From Eledone cirrhosa (Eukaryota): a stretch of DNA of 64,000 nucleotides. The DNA lies in contig OZ024741.1 in the NCBI GenBank assembly GCA_964016885.1, positions 408,084,001 to 408,148,000 of the forward strand, given 5' to 3'. Position 1 is the stretch's first letter. Each line of letters opens with the position of its first letter. Below are positions 49,501 to 61,600 of the stretch, piece after piece. Both the position numbers and the translations under genes were made by a program. The notes beneath the pieces were generated by a model, which saw only the letters and a program-made list of their open reading frames with translations, was not told the origin of the DNA and did not search any database.

Positions 49501-52500
49501 TAAGTTGGGTGGATGACTGGTTAACTGGAAGGTTAACAGGTTTGTTGGGTGGATTGCTGGGTAACTGGAAGGTTAACAGGTTTGTTGGGTGGATGGCTGA
49601 GTAACTGGAAGGTTAGCAGGTTTGTTGGGTGGATGGCTGAGTAACTGGAAGGCTAACAGGTTTGTTGGGTGGATGGCTGAGTAACTGGAAGGTCAACAGG
49701 TTTGTTGTGTGGATGGCTGAGTAACTGGTAGGTTAACAGGTTTGTTTGGTGGGTGGCTGGGTAACTGGAAGATTAACAGGTTTGTTGGGTGGATGGATAG
49801 GTAACTGGAAGGTTAACAGGTAAGTTGGGTGGATGGCTGGGTAACTGGAAGGTTAACAGGTTTGTTGGGTGGATGGCTGAGTAACTGGAAGGTTAATAGG
49901 TTTGTTGGGTGGATGGCTGAGTAACTGGAAGGTTAATAGGTTTGTTGGGTGGATGGCTGAGTAACTGGAAGGTTAATAGGTTTGTTGGGTGGATGGCTGA
50001 GTAACTGGAAGTTTAATAGGTGTGTTGGGTGGATGGCTGAGTAACTGGCAGGTTAACAGATTTGTTGGGTGGATGGCTGGGTAACTGGAAGGTTAGCAGA
50101 TTTGTTGGGTGGATGGCTGGGTAACTCGAAGATTAGCAGGTTTGTTGGGTGGATGGCTGGGTAACTGGAAGTTTAGCAGGTTTGTTGGGTGTATGGCTGA
50201 GTAACTGGAAGGTTAACAGGTTTGTTGGGTGGATGGCTGGGTAACTGGAAGGTTAGCAGGTTTGTTGGGTGGATGAATGGGTAACTGGTAGGTTAACACG
50301 TTTGTTGGGTGGATGGCTGGGTAACTGGAAGGTTAATAGGTTTGTTGGCTGGATGGCTGTGTAACTGGAAGGTTAGCAGGTTTGTTGGGTGGATGGCTGG
50401 GTACCGGAAGGTTAACAGGTTTTTTGGGTGGAGGGCTGGGTAACTGGAAGGTTAGCAGATTTGTTGGGTGGATGCCTGGGTAACTGGAAGTTTAGCAGGT
50501 TTGTTGGGTGCATGGCTGGGTTACTGGAAGGTTAGCAGGTTTGTCGGGTGGATGGCTGGGTACTGGAAGGTTAGCAGGTTTGTTGGATGGATGGCTGGGT
50601 AATGAAAGGTTAGCAGGATTGTTAGGTAGATGGCTAGGTAACTGGAAGGTTAGCTGGTTTGTTGGGTGGATGGCTGGGTAACTGGAAGGTTAGCAGGTTT
50701 GTTGGGTGGTGGCTGAGTAACTGGAAGGTTAGCAGTTTTGTTGGGTGGATGGCTGGGTATTTGGAAGATTAGCAGGTTTGTTGGGTGGATGGCTGGGTAA
50801 CTGGAAGATTAGCAGGTTTGTTGGGTGGATGGCTGGGTAACTGGGAGGTTAACAGGTCTGTTGGGTGGATGGCTGAGTAACTGGAAGGTTAACAGGTTTG
50901 TTGGGTGGATGGCTGGGTAACTGGAAGCTTAACAGGTTTGTTGGGTGGATGGCTGGGTAACTGGAAGGTTAATAGGTTTGTTGGCTGGATGGCTGGGTAA
51001 CTGGAAGGTTAGCAGGTTTGTTGGGTGGATGGCTGGGTAACGGAAGGTTTACAGGTTTTTTGGGTGGATCCTGGGTAACTGGAAGGTTAGCAGATTTGTT
51101 GGGTGGATGCCTGGGTAACTGGAAGTTTAGCAGGTTTGTTGGGTGCATGGCTGGGTTACTGGAAGGTTAGCAGGTTTGTTGGGTGGATGGCTGGGTAACT
51201 GGATGGTTAGCAGGTTTGTTGGATGGATGGCTGGCTACTGAAAGGTTAGCAGGTTTGTTGGGTAGATGGCTAGGTAACTGGATGTTAGCTGGTTTGTTGG
51301 GTGGATGGCTGGGTAACTGGAAGGTTAGCAGGTTTGTTGGGTGGATGGCTGAGTAACTGGAAGGTTAGCAGTTTTGTTGGGTGGATGGCAGGGTATTTGG
51401 AAGATTAGCAGGTTTGTTGGGTGGATGGCTGAGTAACTGCAAGTTTAACAGTTTTGTTGGGTGGATTCCTGGGTAACTGGAAGGTTAGCAGGTTTGTTGG
51501 GTGGATGGCTGAGTAACTGGAAGGTTAACAGGTTTGTTGGGTGGATGGCTGAGTAACTGGAAGGTTAATAGGTTTGTTGGGTGGATGGCTGAGTAACTGG
51601 AAGTTTAGCAGGTTTGTTGGGTGTATGGCTGAGTAACTGGAAGGTTAGCAGGTTTGTTGGCTGGATGGCTGGGTAACTGGAAGGTTAGCAGGTTTGTTGG
51701 GTGGATGGCTGGGTACCGGAAGGTTAACAGGTTTTTTGGGTGGAAGGCTGGGTAACTGGAAGGTTAGCAGATTTGTTGGGTGGATGCCTGGGTAACTGGA
51801 AGTTTAGCAGGTTTGTTGGGTGTATGGCTGAGTAACTGGAAGGTTAGCAGTTTTGTTGGGTGGATGGCAGGGTATTTGGAAGATTAGCAGGTTTGTTGGG
51901 TGGATGGCTGAGTAACTGCAAGTTTAACAGTTTTGTTGGGTGGATTCCTGGGTAACTGGAAGGTTAACAGGTTTGTTGGGTGGATGGCTGAGTAACTGGA
52001 AGGTTAACAGTTTTGTTGGGTGGATGGCTGAGTAACTGGAAGTTTAACAGTTTTGTTTGTATGGATGGCTGAGTAACTGGAAGGTTAATAGGTTTGTTGG
52101 GTGGATGGCTGGGTAACTGGAAGGTTAGCAGGTTTGTTGGCTGGATGGCTGGGTAACTGGAAGGTTAGCAGGTTTGTTGGGTGGATGGCTGGGTACCGGA
52201 AGGTTAACAGGTTTTTTGGGTGGAAGGCTGGGTAACTGGAAGGTTAGCAGATTTGTTGGGTGGATGCCTGGGTAACTGGAAGTTTAGCAGGTTTGTTGGG
52301 TGCATGGCTGGGTTACTGGAAGGTTAGCAGGTTTGTTGGTTGGGTGGCTGGGTAACTGGAAGGTTAGCAGGTTTGTTGGATGGATGGCTGGGTACTGAAA
52401 GGTTAGCAGGTTTGTTGGGTAGATGGCTGGGTAACTCGAAGATTAGCAGGTTTGTTGGGTGGATGGCTGGGTAACTGGAAGTTTAGCAGGTTTGTTGGGT

Positions 52501-55500
52501 GTATGGCTGAGTAACTGGAAGGTTAACAGGTTTGTTGGGTGGATGGCTGGGTAACTGGAAGGTTAGCAGGTTTTTGGGTGGATGGCTGGCTAACTGGAAG
52601 GTTAATAGGTTTGTTGGGTGGATGGCTGGGTAACTGGAAGGTTAGCAGGTTTGTTGGGTGGATGGCTGAGTAACTGAAGCGTTAGCAGTTTTGTTGGGTG
52701 GATGGCTGGGTATTTGGAAGAGTAGCAGGTTTGTTGGGTGGATGGCTGGGTATTTGGAAGAGTAGCAGGTTTGTTGGGTGGATGGCTGAGTAACTGGAAG
52801 GTTAATAGGTTTGTTGGGTGAATGGCTGAGTAACTGGAAGGTTAATAGGTTTGTTGGGTGGATGGCTGAGTAACTGGAAGTTTAATAGGTTTGTTGGGTG
52901 GATGGCTGAGTAACTGGCAGGTTAACAGATTTGTTGGGTGGATGGCTGGGTAACTGCAAGGTTAGCAGGTTTGTTGGGTGGATGGCTGAGTAACTGGAAA
53001 GTTAACAGTTTTGTTGGGTGGATTCCTGGGTAACTAGTAGGTTAGCAGGTTTGTTGGGTCGATGGCTGAGTAACTGGAAGGTTAACAGGTTTGTTGGGTG
53101 GATGGCTGGGTAACTGGAAGATTAGCAGGTTTGTTTGGTGGATGGCTGTGTATTTGGAAGATTAGCAGGTTTGTTGGGTGGATGCCTGGGTAACTGGAAG
53201 TTTAGCAGGTTTGTTGGGTGCATGGCTGGGTTACTGGAAGGTTAGCAGGTTTGTTGGGTGGATGTCTGGGTAACTGGAAGGTTAGCAGGTTTGTTGGATG
53301 GATGGCTGGGTAATTGGAAGGTTAGCAGGATTATTGGGTAGATGGCTAGGTAACTGGAAGGTTAGCTGGTTTGTTGGGTGGATGGCTGGGTAACTGGAAG
53401 GTTAACAGGTTTGTTGGGTGGATGGCTGAGTAACTGGAAGGTTAGCAGTTTTGTTGGGTGGATGGCTGGGTATTTGGAAGATTAGCAGGTTTGTTGGGTG
53501 GATGGCTGGGTAACTGGAAGATTAGCAGGTTTGTTGGGTAGATGGCTGGGTAACTAGGAGGTTAACAGGTCTGTTGGGTGGATGGCTGCGTAACTAGAAA
53601 GTTAACAGGTTTGTTGGGTGGATGGCTGGGTAACTGGAAGGTTAACAGGTTTGTTGGGTGGATGGCTGGGTAACTGGAAGTTTAATAGGTTTGTTGGCTG
53701 GATGGCTGGGTAACTGGAAGGTTAGCAGATTTGTTGGGTGGATGCCTGGGTAACTGGAAGTTTAGCAGGTTTGTTGGGTGCATGGCTGGGTTACTGGAAG
53801 GTTAGCAGGTTTGTTGGGTGGATTGCTGGGTAACTTGAAGGTTAGCAGGTTTGTTGGATGGATGGCTGGGTACTGAAAGGTTAGCAGGTTTGTTGGGTGG
53901 ATGGCTGGGTAACTGGAAGTTTAGCAGGTTTGTTGGGTGTATGGCTGAGTAACTGGAAGGTTAGCAGGTTTGTTGGGTGGATGGCTGGGTAACTGGAAGA
54001 TTAACAGATTTGTTGGGTGGATTCATGGGTAACTGGAAGGTTAACAGGTAAGTTGGGTGGATGGCTGTGTAACTTGAAGGTTAACAGGTTTGATGGGTGG
54101 ATGGCTGGGTAACTGGAAGGTTAATAGGTTTGTTGGCTGGATGGCTGGGTAACTGGAAGGTTAGCAGGTTTGTTGGGTGGATGGCTGGGTAACGGAAGGT
54201 TAACATGTTTTTTGGGTGGAGGGCTGGGTAACTGGAAGGTTAGCAGATTTGTTGGGTGGATGGCTGGGTAACTGGAAGATATAGCAGGTTTGTTGGGTGG
54301 ATGGCTGGGTAACTGGGAGGTTAACAGGTCTGTTGGGTGGATAGCTGAGTAACTGGAAGGTCAACAGGTTTGTTGGGTGGATGGCTGGGTAACTGGAAGG
54401 TTAACAGGTTTGTTGGGTGGATGGCTGGGTAACTGGAAGGTTAATAGGTTTGTTGGCTGGATGGCTGGGTAACTGGAAGGTTAGCAGGTTTGTTGGGTGG
54501 ATGGCTGGGTAACGGAAGGTTAACAGGTTTTTTGGGTGGATGGCTGGGTAACTGGAAGGTTAGCAGATTTGTTGGGTGGATGCCTGGGTAACTGGAAGTT
54601 TAGCAGGTTTGTTGGGTGCATGGCTGGGTTACTGGAAGGTTAGCAGGTTTGTTGGGTGGATGGCTGGGTAACTGGATGGTTAGCAGGTTTGTTGGATGGA
54701 TGGCTGGCTACTGAAAGGTTAGCAGGTTTGTTGGGTAGATGGCTAGGTAACTGGATGTTAGCTGGTTTGTTGGGTGGATGGCTGGGTAACTGGAAGGTTA
54801 GCAGGTTTGTTGGGTGGATGGCTGAGTAACTGGAAGGTTAGCAGTTTTGTTGGGTGGATGGCAGGGTATTTGGAAGATTAGCAGGTTTGTTGGGTGGATT
54901 TCTGGGTAACTGGAAGATTAGCAGGTTTGTTGGGTGGATTCCTGGGTAACTAGTAGGTTAGCAGGTTTGTTGGGTCGATGGCTGAGTAACTGGAAGGTTA
55001 ACAGGTTTGTTGGGTGGATGGCTGGGTAACTGGAAGATTAGCAGGTTTGTTTGGTGGATGGCTGTGTATTTGGAAGATTAGCAGGTTTGTTGGGTGGATG
55101 CCTGGGTAACTGGAAGTTTAGCAGGTTTGTTGGGTGCATGGCTGGGTTACTGGAAGGTTAGCAGGTTTGTTGGGTGGATGTCTGGGTAACTGGAAGGTTA
55201 GCAGGTTTGTTGGATGGATGGCTGGGTAATTGGAAGGTTAGCAGGATTATTGGGTAGATGGCTAGGTAACTGGCAGGTTAACAGATTTGTTGGGTGGAGG
55301 GCTGGGTAACTGGAAGGTTAGCAGGTTTGTTGGGTGGATGGCTGAGTAACTGCAAGGTTAACAGTTTTGTTGGGTGGATTCCTGGGTAACTGGAAGGTTA
55401 GCAGGTTTGTTGGGTGGATGGCTGAGTAACTGGAAGGTTAACAGGTTTGTTGGGTGGATGGCTGAGTAACTGGAAGGTTAATAGGTTTGTTGGGTGGATG

Positions 55501-55569
55501 GCTGAGTAACTGGAAGTTTAGCAGGTTTGTTGGGTGTATGGCTGAGTAACTGGAAGGTTAACAGTTTGT

Positions 55570-58500
55570 TGGGTGGATGGCTGGGTAACTGGAAGGTTAG
55601 CAGGTTTGTTGGGTGGATGGCTGGGTAACTGGAAGATTAACAGGTTTGTTGGGTGGATGGCTGGGTAACTGGAAGGTTAACAGGTAAGTTGGGTGGATGG
55701 CTGTGTAACTGGAAGGTTAACAGGTTTGTTGGGTGGATGGCTGGGTAACTGGAAGGTTAATAAGTTTGTTGGCTGGATGGCTGGGTAACTGGAAGGTTAG
55801 CAGGTTTGTTGGGTGGATGGCTGGGTACCGGAAGGTTAATAGGTTTGTTGGGTGGATGGCTGAGTAACTGGAAGGTTAATATGTTTGTTGGGTGGATGGC
55901 TGGGTACTTGGAAGGTTAGCAGGTTTGTTGGGTGGATGGATGGGTAACTGGAACTTAGCAGGTTTGTTGGGTTGATGGCTGGGTACCGGAAGGTTAACAG
56001 GTTTTTTGGGTGGAAGGCTGGGTAACTGGAAGGTTAGTAGTTTTGTTGGGTGGATGCCTGGGTAACTGGAAGTTTAGCAGGTTTGTTGGGTGCATGGCTG
56101 GGTTACTGGAAGGTTAGCAGGTTTGTTGGGTGGGTGGCTGGGTAACTGGAAGGTTAGCAGGTTTGTTGGATGGATGGCTGAGTACTGAAAGGTTAGCAGG
56201 TTTGTTGGGTAGATGGCTAGGTAACTTGAAGGTTAGCTGGTTTGTTGGGTGGATGGCTGGGTAACTGGAAGGTTAGCAGGTTTGTTGGGTGGATGGCTGA
56301 GTAACTGGAGGGTTAGCAGTTTTGTTGGGTGGATGGCTGGGTATTTGGAAGAGTAGCAGGTTTGTTGGGTGGATGGCTGGGTATTTGGAAGAGTAGCAGG
56401 TTTGTTGGGTGGATGGCTGAGTAACTGGAAGGTTAGCAGGTTTGTTGGGTGGATGGCTGAGTAACTGGAAGGCTAACAGGTTTGTTGGGTGGATGGCTGA
56501 GTAACTGGAAGGTTAACAGGTTTGTTGTATGGATGGCTGAGTAACTGGTAGGTTAACAGGTTTGTTTGGTGGGTGGCTGGCTAACTGGAAGATTAACAGG
56601 TTTGTTGGGTGGATGGATGGGTAACTGGAAGGTTAACAGGTAAGTTGGGTGGATGGCTGGGTAACTGGAAGGTTAACAGGTTTGTTGGGTGGATGGCTGA
56701 GTAACTGGAAGGTTAATAGGTTTGTTGGGTGAATGGCTGAGTAACTGGATGGTTAATAGGTTTGTTGGGTGGATGGCTGAGTAACTGGAAGTTTAATAGG
56801 TTTGTTGGGTGGATGGCTGAGTAACTGGAAAGTTAACAGTTTTGTTGGGTGGATTCCTGGGTAACTGGAAGGTTAGCAGGTTTGTTGGGTGGATGGCTGA
56901 GTAACTGGAAGATTAGCAGGTTTGTTGGGTGGATGGCTGTGTATTTGGAAGATTAGCAGGTTTGTTGGGTGGATGGCTGAGTAACTGGAAGGTTAGCATG
57001 TTTGTTGGGTGGATGCCTGGGTAACTGGAAGTTTAGCAGGTTTGTTGGGTGCATGGCTGGGTTACTGGAAGGTTAGCAGGTTTGTTGGGTGGATGGCTGG
57101 GTAACTGGAAGGTTAGCAGGTTTGTTGGGTGGATGGCTGGGTAACTGGAAGATTAACAGGTTTGTTGGGTGGATGGCTGGGTAACTGGAAGGTTAACAGG
57201 TAAGTTGGGTGGATGGCTGTGTAACTGGAAGGTTAACAGGTTTGTTGGGTGGATGGCTGGGTAACTGGAAGGTTAATAGGTTTGTTGGCTGGATGGCTGG
57301 GTAACTGGAAGGTTAGCAGGTTTGTTGGGTGGATGGCTGGGTACCGGAAGGTTAATAGGTTTGTTGGGTGGATGGCTGAGTAACTGGAAGGTTAATATGT
57401 TTGTTGGGTGGATGGCTGGGTAACTGGAAGGTTAGCAGGTTTGTTGGGTGGATGGATGGGTAACTGGAACTTAGCAGTTTTGTTGGGTTGATGGCTGGGT
57501 ACCGGAAGGTTAACAGGTTTTTTGGGTGGAAGGCTGGGTAACTGGAAGGTTAGTAGTTTTGTTGGGTGGATGCCTGGGTAACTGGAAGTTTAGCAGGTTT
57601 GTTGGGTGCATGGCTGGGTTACTGGAAGGTTAGCAGGTTTGTTGGGTGGGTGGCTGGGTAACTGGAAGGTTAGCAGGTTTGTTGGATGGATGGCTGAGTA
57701 CTGAAAGGTTAGCAGGTTTGTTGGGTAGATGGCTAGGTAACTTGAAGGTTAGCTGGTTTGTTGGGTGGATGGCTGGGTAACTGGAAGGTTAGCAGGTTTG
57801 TTGGGTGGATGGCTGAGTAACTGGAGGGTTAGCAGTTTTGTTGGGTGGATGGCTGGGTATTTGGAAGAGTAGCAGGTTTGTTGGGTGGATGGCTGGGTAT
57901 TTGGAAGAGTAGCAGGTTTGTTGGGTGGATGGCTGAGTAACTGGAAGGTTAGCAGGTTTGTTGGGTGGATGGCTGAGTAACTGGAAGGCTAACAGGTTTG
58001 TTGGGTGGATGGCTGAGTAACTGGAAGGTTAACAGGTTTGTTGTATGGATGGCTGAGTAACTGGTAGGTTAACAGGTTTGTTTGGTGGGTGGCTGGCTAA
58101 CTGGAAGATTAACAGGTTTGTTGGGTGGATGGATGGGTAACTGGAAGGTTAACAGGTAAGTTGGGTGGATGGCTGGGTAACTGGAAGGTTAACAGGTTTG
58201 TTGGGTGGATGGCTGAGTAACTGGAAGGTTAATAGGTTTGTTGAGTGAATGGCTGAGTAACTGGATGGTTAATAGGTTTGTTGGGTGGATGGCTGAGTAA
58301 CTGGAAGTTTAATAGGTTTGTTGGGTGGATGGCTGAGTAACTGGAAAGTTAACAGTTTTGTTGGGTGGATTCCTGGGTAACTGGAAGGTTAGCAGGTTTG
58401 TTGGGTGGATGGCTGAGTAACTGGAAGATTAGCAGGTTTGTTGGGTGGATGGCTGTGTATTTGGAAGATTAGCAGGTTTGTTGGGTGGATGGCTGAGTAA

Positions 58501-58620
58501 CTGGAAGGTTAGCATGTTTGTTGGGTGGATGCCTGGGTAACTGGAAGTTTAGCAGGTTTGTTGGGTGCATGGCTGGGTTACTGGAAGGTTAGCAGGTTTG
58601 TTGGGTGGATGGCTGGGTAA
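55570..58620. repeat. Tandem duplication of 1516 bp (38 monomers) in satellite B
   Basis: The ATGTTTG of TTAATATGTTTG at 55881/57397 and TTGTATGGAT at 56525/58041 share an offset of 1516. End points are approximate. Confidence 0.87.
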
Positions 58621-61600
58621 CTGGAAGGTTAGCAGGTTTGTTGGATGGATGGCTGGGTAATTGGAAGGTTAGCAGGATTGTTGGGTAGATATGCTAGGTA
58701 ACTAGAAGGTTAGCTGGTTTTTGGGTGGATGGCTGGGTAACTGGAAGGTTAACAGGTTTGTTGGGTGGATGGCTGAGTAACTGGAAGGTTAGCAGTTTTG
58801 TTGGGTGGATGGCTGGGTATTTGGAAGATTAGCAGGTTTGTTGGGTGGATGGCTGGGTAACTGGAAGATTAGCAGGTTTGTTGGGTGGAAGGCTGGGTAA
58901 CTGGGAGGTTAACAGGTCTGTTGGGTGGATGGCTGAGTAACTGGAAGGTTAACAGGTTTGTTGGGTGGATGGCTGGGTAACTGGAAGGTTAACAGGTTTG
59001 TTGGGTGGATGGCTGGGTAACTGGAAGGTTAATAGGTTTGTTGGCTGGATGGCTGGGTAACTGGAAGGTTAGCAGATTTGTTGGGTGGAAGCCTGGGTAA
59101 CTGGAAGTTTAGCAGGTTTGTTGCGTGCATGGCTGGGTTACTGGAAGGTTAGCAGGTTTGTTGGGTGGATTGCTGGGTAACTGGAAGGTTAGCAGGTTTG
59201 TTGGATGGATGGCTGGGTACTGAAAGGTTAGCTGGTTTGTTGGGTAGATGGTTAGGTAACTGGAAGGTTAATAGGTTTGTTGGCTGGATGTCTGGGTAAC
59301 TGGAAGGTTAGCAGGTTTGTTGGGTGGATGGCTGGGTAACGGAAGGTTAACAGGTTTTTTGGGTGGATGGCTGGGTAACTGGAAGGTTAGCAGATTTGTT
59401 GGGTGGATGCCTGGCTAACTGGAAGTTTAGCAGGTTTGTTGGATGGATGGCTGGCTACTGAAAGGTTAGCAGGTTTGTTGGGTAGATGGCTAGGTAACTG
59501 GATGTTAGCTGGTTTGTTGGGTGGATGGCTGGGTAACTGGAAGGTTAGCAGGTTTGTTGGGTGGATGGCTAAGTAACTGGAAGGTTAGCAGTTTTGTTGG
59601 GTGGATGGCAGGGTATTTGGAAGATTAGCAGGTTTGTTGGGTGGATGGCTGAGTAACTGCAAGTTTAACAGTTTTGTTGGGTGGATTCCTGGGTAACTGG
59701 AAGGTTAGCAGGTTTTTTGGGTGGATGGCTGAGTAACTGGAAGTTTAACAGGTTTGTTGGGTGGATGGCTGAGTAACTGGAAGGTTAATAGGTTTGTTGG
59801 GTGGATGGCTGAGTAACTGGATGTTTAGCAGGTTTGTTGGGTGTATGGCTGAGTAACTGGAAGGTTAACAGGTTTGTTGGGTGGATGGCTGGGTAACTGG
59901 AAGGTTAGCAGGTTTGTTGGGTGGATGGCTGGGTAACTGGAAGATTAACAGGTTTGTTGGGTGGATGGCTGGGTAACTGGAAGGTTAACAGGTAAGTTGG
60001 GTGGATGGCTGTGTAACTGGAATGTTAACAGGTTTGTTGGGTGGATGGCTGGGTAACTGGAAGGTTAACAGTTTTGTTGGGTGGATGGCTGAGTAACTGG
60101 AAGGTTAACAGTTTTGTTTGTATGGATGGCTGAGTAACTGGAAGGTTAATAGGTTTGTTGGGTGGATGGCTGGGTAACTGGAAGGTTAGCAGGTTTGTTG
60201 GGTGGATGGATGGGTAACTGGAACTTAGCAGGTTTGTTGGGTGGATGGCTGGGTACCGGAAGATTAACAGGTTTTTTGGGTGGAAGGCAGGGTAACTGGA
60301 AGGTTAGCAGATTTGTTGGGTGGATGCCTGGGTAACTGGAAGTTTAGCAGGTTTGTTGGGTGCATGGCTGGGTTACTGGAAGGTTAGCAGGTTTGTTGGT
60401 TGGGTGGCTGGGTAACTGGAAGGTTAGCAGGTTTGTTGGATGGATGGCTGGGTACTGAAAGGTTAGCAGGTTTGTTGGGTAGATGGCTGGGTAACTCGAA
60501 GATTAGCAGGTTTGTTGGGTGGATGGCTGGGTAACTGGAAGTTTAGCAGGTTTGTTGGGTGTATGGCTGAGTAACTGGAAGGTTAACAGGTTTGTTGGGT
60601 GGATGGCTGGGTAACTGGAAGGTTAGCAGGTTTTTGGGTGGATGGCTGGCTAACTGGAAGGTTAATAGGTTTGTTGGGTGGATGGCTGAGTAACTGGAAG
60701 GTTAGCAGGTTTGTTGGGTGGATGGCTGAGTAACTGAAGGGTTAGCAGTTTTGTTGGGTGGATGGCTGGGTATTTGGAAGAGTAGCAGGTTTGTGGGGTG
60801 GATGGCTGGGTATTTGGAAGAGTAGCAGGTTTGTTGGGTGGATGGCTGAGTAACTGGAAGGTTAGCAGGTTTGTTGGGTGGATGGCTGAGTAACTGGAAG
60901 GCTAACAGGTTTGTTGGGTGGATGGCTGAGTAACTGGAAGGTTAACAGGTTTGTTGTGTGGATGGCTGAGTAACTGGTAGGTTAACAGGTTTGTTTGGTG
61001 GGTGCCTGGGTAACTGGAAGATTAACAGGTTTGTTGGGTGAATGGATGGGTAACTGGAAGGTTAACAGATAAGTTGGGTGGATGGCTGGGTAACTGGAAG
61101 GTTAACAGGTTTGTTGGGTGGATGGCTGAGTAACTGGAAGGTTAATAGGTTTGTTGGGTGAATGGCTGAGTAACTGGAAGGTTAATAGATTTGTTGGGTG
61201 GATGGCTGAGTAACTGGAAGTTTAATAGGTTTGTTGGGTGGATGGCTGAGTAACTGGCAGGTTAACAGATTTGTTGGGTGGATGGCTGGGTAACTGGAAG
61301 GTTAGCAGGTTTGTTGGGTGGATGGCTGAGTAACTGGAAAGTTAACAGTTTTGTTGGGTGGATTCCTGGGTAACTGGAAGGTTAGCAGGTTTGTTGGGTC
61401 GATGGCTGAGTAACTGGAAGGTTAACAGGTTTGTTGGGTGGATGGCTGGGTAACTGGAAGATTAGCAGGTTTGTTGGGTGGATGGCTGTGTATTTGGAAG
61501 ATTAGCAGGTTTGTTGGGTGGATGGCTGAGTAACTGGAAGGTTAACATGTTTGTTGGGTGGATGCCTGGGTAACTGGAAGTTTAGCAGGTTTGTTGGGTG